Shown here in pieces: positions 18,658 through 29,700 of a DNA stretch of 64,000 nt (the first letter of the stretch is position 1; each line of letters starts with the position of its first letter). The notes below the pieces were generated by a model. It was not told the DNA's origin. It ran no database searches and saw only the letters and a program-made list of their open reading frames with translations. Origin of the DNA: Microcoleus sp. (GTDB lineage Bacteria > Cyanobacteriota > Cyanobacteriia > Cyanobacteriales > Microcoleaceae); contig JAYFMW010000008.1 in assembly GCA_042408215.1 (NCBI GenBank), positions 96,001 to 160,000 on the forward strand. The letters are read 5' to 3'. A program made the translations under genes and the position numbers.

Positions 18658-20457
18658 ATGTTAATAACTGACAAACTGCTACTTTCCTATCAGCGATGTA
18701 ATCTCCGAGCATTTTTAGACACATGGGGAGATTGGAAACAACAAGATCCACCAAGCGACTTTCTGCTAAAATTGATGCGCGACAGCGCCACATATCAGCA
18801 GCAAGCTTTAGAAAACGAGACTTACCAACAACCATATTATCCTAGAGGGGATTGGGCGGCTGGGGCGGCGGCTACTTTGAGTTTAATGCAGCAAGGAGTC
18901 GATCGCATTTATCGAGGAGTGATTTGTCAAGGTGAATTAGGAAAAACCAATGATAAAACAGCTTCTATCTTAGGAATTGACGGTCAATATTTGCCAGACA
19001 TCGGCGAAATTCCCGAAACTCCAGTCTATCTTTCATCCTCCATTCTACACTCTTCCGAAATCACCCTCGTCAGCCGCCCCCATTTATTAATTAAACAGCC
19101 GGGAGATTCCAAATTTGGCGATTGGAGTTATGCGACTGCCGATATTTGGCTGAGTAAGCGACCAAAACTAGATTATCAAATTATCGCAGCTTTTCACGCG
19201 CAAGTGTTAGCTTCCGTGCAGGGAATAATGCCCGAAACAGCGTGGTTGATGCTGCGAAAAAAAGGACTTTGGGCGGTGAATCTGTACCAGCGAATGCCTC
19301 AGATGTTCGAGATTTTGGATGAGTGCATTGAGATGTTAGAAAATCGGAATAAACCGGAGGTTTTCATTTCCAGGCAAAAGTGCACTCTTTGCGGTTGGTA
19401 TACCGTTTGTCACGCAGAAGCTGAATCTATTAAACACCTGTCGCTGTTACCGGGAGTTACGGCTAAGCGATATGCTATACTAAAAGTTCTAGGATTGACC
19501 GATTTAGCATCTTTGGCTAATGCTAATTCCGATTTATTGGCGAGTTATCCTGAGTTTGTCGCAGGAGTGGCCGTCGATGTGGTGCAGCAAGCGCGATCGA
19601 CTTTGTTGAATCAGCCGTTTGTGCGAGAGGAAGGAAGTTCGGCAGCGGATTTTGTAGCGGATTTAACGGATGTCACGGATAGAGGTTCGGCAGCGGATTT
19701 AATGGATGTCACGGATAGAGGTTCGGCAGAGACAGCGGTTAATCAGTTTATCAGAATACCAGAAGTTGCAGGAAATAGTTTAGTAATAGCTAAAATTGAG
19801 TCTGTAAAGACTACAGAAAATAAATCTGCTAAACTTTCTATACCTGCGCCAATTCTCCGCCCGAAACCAATTCCGTATTCCCAATCAGTGTTTTTGCCGA
19901 TCGCACCCATCGAACTTTACTTTGACATTGAAGCCGAACCAGAATTAAACCTAGATTACCTCCACGGAGTCTTAGTCGTTGATAGGTACAATAAAACGGA
20001 AAAATTCCACGGATTTCTAGCAGAAAGTGCCGCAGAAGAAGGAGCGGCTTGGGAACAATTTTTAGAATTAATGTGGACTTATCCCATTGCTCCTATTTTC
20101 CACTTTTGCGACTACGAAGTCAAGACTTTTAAGCGATTGGCAAAACTTTACAACACTCCAGCATATCTGTGGAAACCTGTGCTCAAACGCTTTGTAGATA
20201 TCCACAAATATGTTACCCAAAAAGCGATTATGCCGGTAGAAAGTTATGCACTTAAACCGATCGCCCGCTGGCTGGGTTTTGAGTGGCGAGATGCTAAGGC
20301 TAATGGTGCTCAGTGTGTCTGCTGGTATGACGATTGGCTCAAAACGGGCGATCGATCGATCTTGGAGGCGATCGTCCGATACAATGAGGATGACTGTCGT
20401 GCTACTTATGTGGTTAAGGATTGGTTGACGAATTTTTTGCTGGATCATCAATCTTGA
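18658..20457 (+). CDS. TM0106-family RecB-like putative nuclease with RNase H-like C-terminal domain
   Basis: LLLSYQRC N-terminus, CTLCGWYTVC, LYFDIE, YALKPIA and YNEDDC motifs. Confidence 0.88.
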   Translation: MLITDKLLLSYQRCNLRAFLDTWGDWKQQDPPSDFLLKLMRDSATYQQQALENETYQQPYYPRGDWAAGAAATLSLMQQGVDRIYRGVICQGELGKTNDKTASILGIDGQYLPDIGEIPETPVYLSSSILHSSEITLVSRPHLLIKQPGDSKFGDWSYATADIWLSKRPKLDYQIIAAFHAQVLASVQGIMPETAWLMLRKKGLWAVNLYQRMPQMFEILDECIEMLENRNKPEVFISRQKCTLCGWYTVCHAEAESIKHLSLLPGVTAKRYAILKVLGLTDLASLANANSDLLASYPEFVAGVAVDVVQQARSTLLNQPFVREEGSSAADFVADLTDVTDRGSAADLMDVTDRGSAETAVNQFIRIPEVAGNSLVIAKIESVKTTENKSAKLSIPAPILRPKPIPYSQSVFLPIAPIELYFDIEAEPELNLDYLHGVLVVDRYNKTEKFHGFLAESAAEEGAAWEQFLELMWTYPIAPIFHFCDYEVKTFKRLAKLYNTPAYLWKPVLKRFVDIHKYVTQKAIMPVESYALKPIARWLGFEWRDAKANGAQCVCWYDDWLKTGDRSILEAIVRYNEDDCRATYVVKDWLTNFLLDHQS

Positions 20458-20480
20458 ATTTATGATTTAAGAAAAAGACT

Positions 20481-20530
20481 CGGCGGTTGAAACCGCGTCT
20501 ACACAAACGAAGTCCGCCTGCGCGGACTGA
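20481..20530. repeat. GGCGGTTGAAACCGCG...GAAGTCCGCCT-CGCGGACT dispersed repeat
   Basis: Copies at ~12077-12124 and ~26241-26290; truncated copy at ~11737-11764. Confidence 0.8.
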
Positions 20531-20566
20531 AGAGAGTTTTAGGATCATAATTTAGTTATTGGTAAA

Positions 20567-21694
20567 ATGCGAAAGTCAGCCAAATTAATTCTATTTGTTT
20601 TCGGCATTTTGATAGCAGCCACTGTTGCTATTTTTGTCGGTATGTCAGCCAAATCTTTCGCTGTTACTCAAATAGATTTTATCGGTAGGGCGATATTTCC
20701 GACTGGTTCTCCGTTTGGGGGGACGGAAATTGGCGGACTTTCTGGCATTACTTATGATGCTGACAAACAAGTTTATTATGCTATATCAGACGATCGCAGC
20801 AGCCAGGCTCCGGCGCGTTTCTATTCTCTCAAAATTAACTGGCAATCTGGTAAGCTGGAACAAGATAAAATTGTTTTTACTGGTGTTACTACTTTATTAG
20901 ATGAGAACGGCAAAAGTTTTCCAGAATTAAGTTTAGATCCTGAAGGGATAGCTTTTAGCGGAAACAGTGTGTTTGTTTCTTCTGAGGGTGATGTCGATCG
21001 CCGAATCAATCCCTTCATCAAAGAATTCTCCCTAGATGGTAAGCTGCTCAAAACTCTGCTAATTCCTGACCTATTTTTGCCGGATGACAAAGGCACTAAA
21101 GGCATTCGTAACAATCTAGCTTTTGAAAGTTTGACTTTGACGCCAGACAAAAAATATCTATTTACAGCCACAGAAAATGCCTTGGTTCAAGATGGCGCAG
21201 TACCTTTGTTGCAAAGTGGCAGTCCGTGCCGGATTTTGCGATATGATGCGGTTAGTGGCAATCCAGGGCGATCGTTTCTGTACATCACCGAACCGCTACC
21301 AGTGGGCGCAAATCCTGCGGGAAAGTTAACTACCAACGGTTTAGTGGATTTATTGGCGATCGACGAAAATCGCTTGTTGAGTTTAGAGCGTGGTTTCTCT
21401 CTGGAAACTGGAACTACTATTAAGCTTTTTGAGATTTCTCTGGAAAAGAGCGATCGCATCGAAGGACTCGAAAGCCTCAAAAGCCGTCTCAGCGAGCTTT
21501 CTCCCGCTCAAAAACGGCTGCTGCTGGATTTTGACACCCTGAAAATTCCCTTAGACAATATTGAGGGCTTGACATTGGGCCCGGTTTTAGGCGACGGTAG
21601 CAGAGGTCTGATTTTGGTGAGTGACAACAACTTCAGCCCGTTGCAGGAGACTCAGATTTTGGGCTTCAAAATAAAAGTTCAAAAAACCTCTTGA
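20567..21694 (+). CDS. Esterase-like activity of phytase family protein
   Basis: GGLSGITY, ISDDR, DPEGI, NNLAFESL, DNIEGL and VSDNNF motifs; signal peptide. Confidence 0.9.
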   Translation: MRKSAKLILFVFGILIAATVAIFVGMSAKSFAVTQIDFIGRAIFPTGSPFGGTEIGGLSGITYDADKQVYYAISDDRSSQAPARFYSLKINWQSGKLEQDKIVFTGVTTLLDENGKSFPELSLDPEGIAFSGNSVFVSSEGDVDRRINPFIKEFSLDGKLLKTLLIPDLFLPDDKGTKGIRNNLAFESLTLTPDKKYLFTATENALVQDGAVPLLQSGSPCRILRYDAVSGNPGRSFLYITEPLPVGANPAGKLTTNGLVDLLAIDENRLLSLERGFSLETGTTIKLFEISLEKSDRIEGLESLKSRLSELSPAQKRLLLDFDTLKIPLDNIEGLTLGPVLGDGSRGLILVSDNNFSPLQETQILGFKIKVQKTS

Positions 21695-21719
21695 CAAATG
21701 GTGCGGTCATAGGCATAAT
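21691..21719 (+). promoter_or_regulatory. Sigma70-type promoter of tRNA-Asp
   Basis: TTGACA-N17-CATAAT. Confidence 0.65.
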
Positions 21720-21751
21720 AGAAATTGTGCCTGAAAAAAAGGCAAAAACGA

Positions 21752-21825
21752 GGGACAGTAGTTCAATTGGTTAGAGCACCGCCCTGTCACGGCGGAAGTT
21801 GCGGGTTCGAGCCCCGTCTGTCCCG
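21752..21825 (+). tRNA. trnD: tRNA-Asp (GTC)
   Basis: GGGACAG...CTGTCCCG acceptor stem, anticodon loop CTGTCAC, T-loop GGTTCGA. Confidence 0.97.
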
Positions 21826-21889
21826 TTCTCTCGTAGTAAAGTTTCTACGGTTTTGATAAGTTGTTTTCTGGGTTAAGCAGGACGGAAAT

Positions 21890-22555
21890 ATGACTATTAC
21901 GATCATTCATCCCTCCCCAGAAAAAATTACACAACGGGTGGTATTATCCAATATCAGTTGGCAGACTTACGAAAGCTTATTAGCAGAATCTGGAGACAAG
22001 AGATCCTCGCGATTTTCCTATTCTCAAGGAGTCCTAGAAATTATCATGCCATCAGATCTGCACGAAACTGTTAATTGTTTACTCAGACAGTTTGTAACTA
22101 CTTTAAGCGATGAATTAAAGTTGAAACGTAAGGGATTTGGTTCGACAACTCTCAACCGTGAAGATTTAAAACAAGGTGCAGAACCTGATTCCTGTTTTTA
22201 TATTCAAAATGTCGATCGCATTCTAGGGAAAAGACTTGACATCTCAACAGATCCCCCCCCAGACTTGGTGATTGAAGTTGATATTACCAGTCCCTCTTCT
22301 AATCGATTTGTAGTTTATACACAGCTAGGAATTCCTGAAGTTTGGCGGTATCGATCGCAAACTGTACAAATTTATCAATTGCAAAACCGGGAATATATTA
22401 CCTGCGATCGCAGTCCGACATTTCCGATTCTTTCTGTAGCAATGCTCAATCAACTTTTGCAGATGGCAGAAACTCAAGATGATAATGCCATAATTCGCTC
22501 TTTGCGTCAATGGGTGAGGGCACAGTTGCGATCGCCCGAAAATCAGCAAGAGTAG
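21890..22555 (+). CDS. Uma2-family endonuclease
   Basis: ISWQTYE, AEPDSCFY, PPPDLVIEVD and GIPEVW motifs. Confidence 0.92.
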   Translation: MTITIIHPSPEKITQRVVLSNISWQTYESLLAESGDKRSSRFSYSQGVLEIIMPSDLHETVNCLLRQFVTTLSDELKLKRKGFGSTTLNREDLKQGAEPDSCFYIQNVDRILGKRLDISTDPPPDLVIEVDITSPSSNRFVVYTQLGIPEVWRYRSQTVQIYQLQNREYITCDRSPTFPILSVAMLNQLLQMAETQDDNAIIRSLRQWVRAQLRSPENQQE

Positions 22556-22560
22556 TTAAT

Positions 22561-23052
22561 TTAAACCTCATCATTCACCCGACAACGACTCGGATTTTCG
22601 CACTCAATGCGTTTAGCCCGATCGCCCATAACGGTTGCTAAATCCGGCCTTCCTGTCAAAGGTAGTCGCCAATGGGCCCAAATTCCGTACAGCCAATTGG
22701 CGATCGCCCCAACAATCGGTAACTTAGTCACAGCATAGATCCAACCCATCCCTAAAATCTCATAGATGCGCCGGAAAACCTCTACATTTTTAATGGTTGT
22801 ACCGTCGGGTAATACCGCGTGAATCCGCCCCATTGCTGTTTCATAGTCTATTCCGCCGTGGGCTTCGGGGTTGTAGCGATCGTCCGCAATATCCACAAAT
22901 GCCACCAAACCTCGGCCCGCATCCCGTTTCTTCAAAAAATTGACTTCTCGCACGCACAGGGGGCATTGACCGTCGTACAGGAGCTCAATTTGCCAGGATG
23001 GTACAGGCTTAATCTCGACAGATTCGGGAAATTCAGTTTGAGAAGTAGACAT
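22561..23052 (-). CDS. DCC-family thiol-disulfide oxidoreductase (DUF393)
   Basis: LLYDGQCPLC motif. Confidence 0.9.
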   Translation of the reverse strand: MSTSQTEFPESVEIKPVPSWQIELLYDGQCPLCVREVNFLKKRDAGRGLVAFVDIADDRYNPEAHGGIDYETAMGRIHAVLPDGTTIKNVEVFRRIYEILGMGWIYAVTKLPIVGAIANWLYGIWAHWRLPLTGRPDLATVMGDRAKRIECENPSRCRVNDEV

Positions 23053-23645
23053 AGGTAAAATGCGATCGCTGGGAGTAGAAACAGACGTGCATAAGTATTT
23101 TACAATAATTAACAGTTATGAATGATTAAACCGCAGAGGACGCAGAGAACGCGGAGGAAGAGAAGAGAGAGATCGATAATTCGGATGCCGATGGATTTAA
23201 TATCATAAGGCGCTCATTGTCGGACTTGCATGGCAGTTGTTTCTGTAGTTATGGACGCACAAACACCTTCATAACCGGGTTTTTCATTCTTAGTTAAAGG
23301 TCGGGATGTAGTATTTTTATCAAAAAAACCAGGTTTCTGTCTACAGGACTATTTAGGATCGATCGCCCTTAATGCTAGTATCATCAGGATGTCGCCTGCT
23401 GCGTTGCCGAAAACTGTAGCTCGATCGCTCGATGCCCTATACTCAAACTCATATCTTGCACCATTCTTGCTTAACAGGCTGTCCGGCCTGTTCCACAACC
23501 TGCACCATTCTTGCTTAACAGGCTCTCCGGCTTGTTCCACAAAGAGTGAATTTGATTAGCGACAAAATATACTAAAATTTGTAGTCTGAGCAACAGCCAA
23601 GTCAAGCGCCAGCAAATTACCCCAAATCTCAAAGCAAAAATCTAC

Positions 23646-26144
23646 ATGAACGTCAGAGTCCGTCTAGCCCCCAGCCCCACCGGAAACCTACACATCGGTA
23701 CAGCCAGAACCGCCGTATTCAACTGGCTATTTGCTCGCAATCAAGGCGGCCAATTCATCCTGCGGGTAGAAGACACAGACTTAGAACGTTCCAAGAGCGA
23801 ATACACTGACAATATCCTCGAAGGACTAACTTGGTTGGGGATGAAGTGGGATGAAGGCCCAATTTTCCAGTCCCAGCGTTTGGAAGCATACCGCCAAACC
23901 GTCCAAACTCTCCTAGACAAAGGACTCGCCTACCGCTGCTACACCACGTCAGCCGAACTTGACGAAATGCGGGAAGCACAAAAAGCCAATAAACAAGCTC
24001 CCCGCTATGATAACCGCCACCGCAATCTGACTCCCGAACAGCGCGAAGCTTTTGAAGCCGAAGGGCGGCAAGCTGTGATTCGGTTTATCATTGAGGACGA
24101 TCGCACTATATCTTGGCACGACATGGTACGCGATACTGTTACCTGGAAAGGTAGCGACCTCGGCGGCGATATGGTAATTGCTAGGGCTTCCATCGGCGGC
24201 GACATTGGCCAGCCTCTCTACAACCTCGCTGTAGTCGTTGATGATATCGACATGGCCATTACCCACGTCATCCGTGGCGAAGATCATATCGGTAATACTC
24301 CCAAACAAATCTTGCTTTACGAAGCTTTGGGGGCGACAATCCCAGAATTTGCTCACACGCCATTGATTTTAAATTCCCAAGGACAAAAACTTTCTAAACG
24401 GGATGGGGTTACCTCGATTTCTGACTTTAAAGATATGGGCTATCTCCCCGAAGCTTTGGTCAATTACATGACTTTGCTGGGTTGGACTCCGCCGGATTCA
24501 ACGCAAGAAATATTTACACTCTCCGAAGCTGCGGCTGTATTTAGTTGCGATCGAGTTAACAAAGCTGGTGCAAAATTTGATTGGGATAAACTTAACTGGC
24601 TAAATAGTCAATACCTGCACAAAATGCCGGTGCCGCAATTGACTGATTTACTGATACCTTATTGGCAGAAAGCCGGTTATGAATTTGACGCTGCGGTCGA
24701 TCGCCCTTGGCTCGAACAAATAGCTGCTTTAATCAGCCAAAGTCTGGTGCGCTTAACCGATGCTGTCGATATGTGCAAGTTGTTCTTCTCTACTACGGTG
24801 GAATACGAAGAAGATGCGATCGCACAATTGCAGCAGCCAAAGGTAGCAGAGGCTTTGCTTGCTGTTCTAGAAGTTGTGGAAAGTCATGCAACGCTGACAT
24901 CAGCCGAAGCTCAGAAAATCACTAAAAAGCTCAGTAAAGAGAAAAATCTTAACAAAGGGCTAATTATGCGATCGCTCCGAGCGGCTTTGACCGGCGCAAT
25001 GCACGGCCCCGACCTGATAGAATCTTGGGTAATCCTTCACCAGCGGGGAACGGCTCAAACCCGCTTACAAGAGGCTATTAGCAACTTGAATTTGCCGCTT
25101 GTTGCTGTCGTGGCCCCAACTTCAACCCCAGAACAAGCAAACGCGGAAACAGCCGCTGAAACTCTGGCCCCTGAACAGCCAGCAGCAGAGGTAACAGCAG
25201 TCGAAAAACAGTCTGTTGAAACCGACCCAGTAGCGGTGACAGCAGTCGAGATCTCGGCTGTTGAAACAGTCGAAAAATCGACTCCAGAAGCCGCAGAAGC
25301 GGAGGTTTCAACAGTCGAAATACCGGCATTTGAAGCAGTCGGAGCCGAGGTTTCAACTGTCGAAATACCGCAGGTTGAAGCAGCAGAAGCTGAGGTTTCA
25401 ACAGTCGAAATACCGCAGGTTGAAGCAGTCGGAGCCGAGGTTTCAACAGTCGAAATACCGCAGGTTGAAGCAGCAGAAGCTGAGGTTTCAACAGTCGAAA
25501 TACCGGCTGTTGAAGCCACAGAAGCTGAGGTTTCAACAGTCGAAATACCGCAAGTTGAAGCTGTCGTAGCTGAGGTTTCAACTGTCGAAATACCGCAAGT
25601 TGAAGCTGTCGTAGCTGAGGTTTCAACTGTCGAAATACCGCAAGTTGAAGCAGCAGAAGCAGTTGAAATAGCTGTCGCCCACCAACCAGAAACTATTGCG
25701 AGTGGAGAAATGACTTCATCAAACGAACCAGAAACAACTGTTACTATCACCGAAGTTTCTTCGGGGACTGATCCAGAAAGTGCGATCGGTACAACAAAAG
25801 TTACCGTCACCGAAGAACCGCCAAGTCAGACTCAGCAGATAAAAGAACAAATTATCTCAATTTTGTCTGAACTTCCCGCTTATATCGGCGGCTTTTACGA
25901 ACAATACAAAAGTCCCTTGACAGTTGTAGGCTTAATTATCGTCTCAATTATCTCTTTGAAAGTGCTTTTGGGCGTAGTAGATGAACTCAACGATATTCCG
26001 CTGCTAGCACCTACATTCGAGCTAATTGGTATCGGATATACTGCGTGGTTTGTCTATCGGTATTTGCTGCGCTCTTCTAACCGTCAACAATTAGGTCAAG
26101 AAATTCAAGCCATAAAAGAACAAATTTTCGGCAAAAATTCCTAG
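23646..26144 (+). CDS. gltX: Glutamate--tRNA ligase with acidic repeat linker and C-terminal CAAD membrane-anchoring domain
   Basis: [12 protein letters not shown] and KLSKR motifs; C-terminal two-TM CAAD/CURT1-like [25 protein letters not shown]. Confidence 0.95.
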   Translation: MNVRVRLAPSPTGNLHIGTARTAVFNWLFARNQGGQFILRVEDTDLERSKSEYTDNILEGLTWLGMKWDEGPIFQSQRLEAYRQTVQTLLDKGLAYRCYTTSAELDEMREAQKANKQAPRYDNRHRNLTPEQREAFEAEGRQAVIRFIIEDDRTISWHDMVRDTVTWKGSDLGGDMVIARASIGGDIGQPLYNLAVVVDDIDMAITHVIRGEDHIGNTPKQILLYEALGATIPEFAHTPLILNSQGQKLSKRDGVTSISDFKDMGYLPEALVNYMTLLGWTPPDSTQEIFTLSEAAAVFSCDRVNKAGAKFDWDKLNWLNSQYLHKMPVPQLTDLLIPYWQKAGYEFDAAVDRPWLEQIAALISQSLVRLTDAVDMCKLFFSTTVEYEEDAIAQLQQPKVAEALLAVLEVVESHATLTSAEAQKITKKLSKEKNLNKGLIMRSLRAALTGAMHGPDLIESWVILHQRGTAQTRLQEAISNLNLPLVAVVAPTSTPEQANAETAAETLAPEQPAAEVTAVEKQSVETDPVAVTAVEISAVETVEKSTPEAAEAEVSTVEIPAFEAVGAEVSTVEIPQVEAAEAEVSTVEIPQVEAVGAEVSTVEIPQVEAAEAEVSTVEIPAVEATEAEVSTVEIPQVEAVVAEVSTVEIPQVEAVVAEVSTVEIPQVEAAEAVEIAVAHQPETIASGEMTSSNEPETTVTITEVSSGTDPESAIGTTKVTVTEEPPSQTQQIKEQIISILSELPAYIGGFYEQYKSPLTVVGLIIVSIISLKVLLGVVDELNDIPLLAPTFELIGIGYTAWFVYRYLLRSSNRQQLGQEIQAIKEQIFGKNS
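25298..25660 (+). repeat. 45-bp coding repeat, 8 units of [15 protein letters not shown]
   Basis: GAGGTTTCAAC(A/T)GTCGAAATACCG recurring every 45 nt. Confidence 0.9.
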
Positions 26145-26440
26145 ATTTTTGCTAGAAATTGCTGAATTTGTGCCCGATACTGACAATTTTAAATGAGTTG
26201 TCAGTGTCGGTTTTTTTAGGGATTTTTTTAATAGATGATTCGGCGATTGAAATCGCTACTACACAAACGAAGTCCGAGCAGAGAGGGACTAAGAAATAAC
26301 CCATAATATCAAGTCCGCTTGAGTAGTTGTCATTCTGAGAGAAGCGAAGCATCTCCGAGATGGTTCGCTACACTGCGTTGCGATTGACTTATGACAAGTA
26401 ATATCAAATCCTCTCTTCATCGGAATAGTAAATTTGAGTT

Positions 26441-26616
26441 ATACCAATTTAATAGGTCGTTGCATATATTTCTATCCCCCTAAATCCCCCTTAATAAGGG
26501 AGTAGGGTGTGAGTAGGGGGTGACGAAAGACCACCCTCTTGTCCCACCCCCTACTCCCCTTATTAAGGGGGGTTAGGGGGGATCAGATTCTATGCAGCCT
26601 CATAAAAAATTGGTAT
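26441..26616. mobile_element. MITE-like element with ATACCAATTT/AAATTGGTAT terminal inverted repeats
   Basis: TIRs plus internal CCCCCTAAATCCCCCTTAATAAGGG palindromes; inverted copy at 30610-30765. Confidence 0.7.
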
Positions 26617-26726
26617 TAACCGTCAACTGTCAACTGTCAACCGTCAACCGTCAACCGTCAACAATCATCTCTGAGTGCCACCGGAATTGATATAACAACT
26701 AATAACAACTAACAACTAACTAATGA

Positions 26727-29700
26727 CTAAACTCCAGTAGCAGTAAAAGCAGCCCAGTAATAAGGATTAGCAAAAGGATGAGGTTTGCGGTTGCGAATTA
26801 GTTGCAAAGAAGCTTCAGCACTCAGGCGAGAACTTTGAGGAAGCCGATCGAACATTTGGGAAATTTGAGGTTGAAAATCCGCCAAAAGCAGCTCCAATTC
26901 GTCGCCTGTCAAATCCCGCAACCACCTCTGAGCATCATTGAGAGCGTGAGCCACATCTCCCACCTGCAACCTCGAAAACCGTCCCAGATTTTCATAAAAC
27001 TTGCCGATCAGCAACAGGGTTGAAACATCATTCAGCTTCCAAAGACTGCTGACAACACTAGATGTGCCAGCATACAGCAAACCCGCCGACAAACCAACAA
27101 AATCTCCACCAACTGCGAAAGATCCCGCAGTAATTTCGCAAGCAGATAAAGTTACTAAAAAGTATTGCCTAAAATCCAGATTAAATATTTCCTCTAAGCT
27201 CAAAAAATCCTCTGTCAAACCTAGTCCAGATTTCAGTGGAATCGCCAAATTTAGCAAACTAAAACAAGCAAAGTGAGCGCACTTTCTCTGCGGTAACTCC
27301 CAGGCTTTCCCGGTCAAATTTCCCGGATGATTAGCAGCAATTGCACTGCTAACATTTTGTTTAGTCGCCTGCTTCTGGCGCACAACTTCCGCACCAGGAA
27401 AATACTGGCAAATATTGGCGACTTCAATATTGCTGTAGAGCGAATCTTTAGTAAAATTGGGAACAGCCAAAAGTTGCTGCAACCGTGGTCTTGATTGGTC
27501 TATTGCCCCCCTGCGGGCGATTTGTTTCAACCGCAATAGCTGACAGCTAGGAGCATAGCGAATGCCTCCTGTAAATCGATCGATCAAATAAGCAGCAGGC
27601 GGTTGAATGTCGCCAAAAGACCAACCTTGAAATAAATCTGAACTGCTTGAGGTTGACAAATCCCAACCGCTACGATCGCCCCAAGGAGCTCTAAAACTTC
27701 CTGAACCCCGATCGAACCTCTTTCTGTCCCCTAAAGGCAAAGCATGAAGTGGCAAAGCGTGCAAAGATCGGTGAGGGACAAAAATCAGTCGATCGCAAGA
27801 GTCAGGAATCAGCGAGACTACTCGGTCTATTTCCAGCAGCGAAGCTAAGCGGGTGAGTCGATCGGGGAGATGATTGATCCAGCGACCTTTTTGTTCAGAA
27901 TAAGCGCTGAGATACTCCTGAACCCAACCTTCCAAAGCCAAAGCATTTTTGGGCGAACACAGGTGTACAGCGGGATACTCGGCACCAGCAGTCACCACAA
28001 AAGCGACCAGCAGCTCGCCCAAACTAGCCCACACCACCGCAGCACTATTGCGATCTAACAATTCCCGAATTTGCTGAAATTCGATCGGTTCAACTTTGCG
28101 AGTTAGGCTGAAGAAAGGGTCGATCGGCTCCACCTCACTCTCGATCAAGGCGTCAAACTGCCGCCACAATTGATTCAGGTGCGTCAAGTCTGAGCAAGGA
28201 AGCAGAGAACCGCTGTTGAAACCCTGGCTGTCATCCCCGGAGGAAATCACAACTCTTGGAAAACACCCCGGCCCATCGGGAGTCGAGTGTTGTTGCTGCT
28301 GACGTTCGGCTGCGATTTGCAGTTGCAGGTACTCGAACTCGCCTCGAACGGCTGCGGACATTTCAACTCTAGGAGTCAGGTGGCATTTAATCAGCAATTC
28401 TACCCAATTCAGAGCTTTGTAGCGCTCTGCGTATTCCAGAGCCCTAGCATAATATTGGGGTTCGGTGGCACCTTGTTTCAGACAAACTTGCAGCAAGCAT
28501 TTGTAAAGTTCAGTCCAGGTTTGAGCTCTGTTGAGTTTCCCGATACTTGGTCGATCGCCCAAATTGAGCGAATCGCCGACTGCTTCGCAGCGCAAAAATT
28601 CAACTGTATCGACAGCAGCAGCAAAAACATGGTAAGCCCGGAGTAATTCGCCTTGAGTTTGGTAAACCTGACCCAAATAAAATGAAGTAAGAGCCCAGCG
28701 GTGCGGAGCAGTTTCGCGAGTGTAGACAAGACCTGCACTTTCATAGCAGGCGATCGCGCTTTCCTGGTGAGGGGAGTTGTCGCGCTCCGTCAATGCCGCA
28801 AAAGCTCGACCGAGATAGGTTTGCAGCATCGCCCAGCGTTCGGGAACAATGGAGCGGGTGTAGACTTGCAAGGCATTTTGATAACAGGCGATCGCGCTTT
28901 TGAGGTTACGGTTTCTTTCCCCTTTCAGATGTTCGCTCAAAGCGTGGCCGAGGTAGGCACACAGCATGGCCCAGCGATCGGGAGACTTTTGGCGGTTGTA
29001 AAACAGCAAAGCATTTTGGTAGCAGGCGATCGCCATTTCCAGATTTTCGGCCCGCTCCCCTTTGAGCCTCCGATTGTAAACCCTGCCGAGGGAAGTTTGG
29101 AGCGAAGCCCAGCGTTCGGGAAACCTGATCCGAGTGTACACTTGCAAAGCATTTTGATAGCAGGCCATCGCGCTTTCCAAATTTTCTACGGGATCGCCTT
29201 TAAGGCGATCGATCAACACCCGGCCCAAATTGCCGTGAGTCGTCGCCCACTGCAACGGAAAAGCTTCTGGAGTGCGTATTTGCAAAGCTCTGTGATAACA
29301 GTATATGGCGTATTCCAGATTTTCGGCTCGGTTGCCCAGCAGGCGATCGCAGTAAGCATTTGCCAAATTATTTTCAGTGGTTGCCCAGCGCCGGGGAAAC
29401 GACTGGCGGTTGTAGACTTGCAGGGCATTTTGATAGCAGGCGATCGCCAGTTCCAGATTTTCGGCCCTGTCGCCTCGCAGGCGACGACTGTAAGCACGGC
29501 CGAGATTATTTTGAGTGCTGGCCCACTCTTCCCCGAAAATCTCGCGGGTGCGAACTCGCAACGCATTTTGATAGCAGGCGATTGCCTTTTCCAGGTTTTC
29601 TACTGGCTCTCCTCTCTGGCGATCGCTGTAAGCGCTGCCGAGATTATTTTGTAGCATCGCCCACTGTTCCGGGTACTGTTGGGGAGTACGGAAGGCGAGA

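Noticed and set aside
21752..21900. tRNA-Asp as an integration site
   Set aside because: No integrase nearby and no duplicate of the tRNA 3' end noticed in the window.
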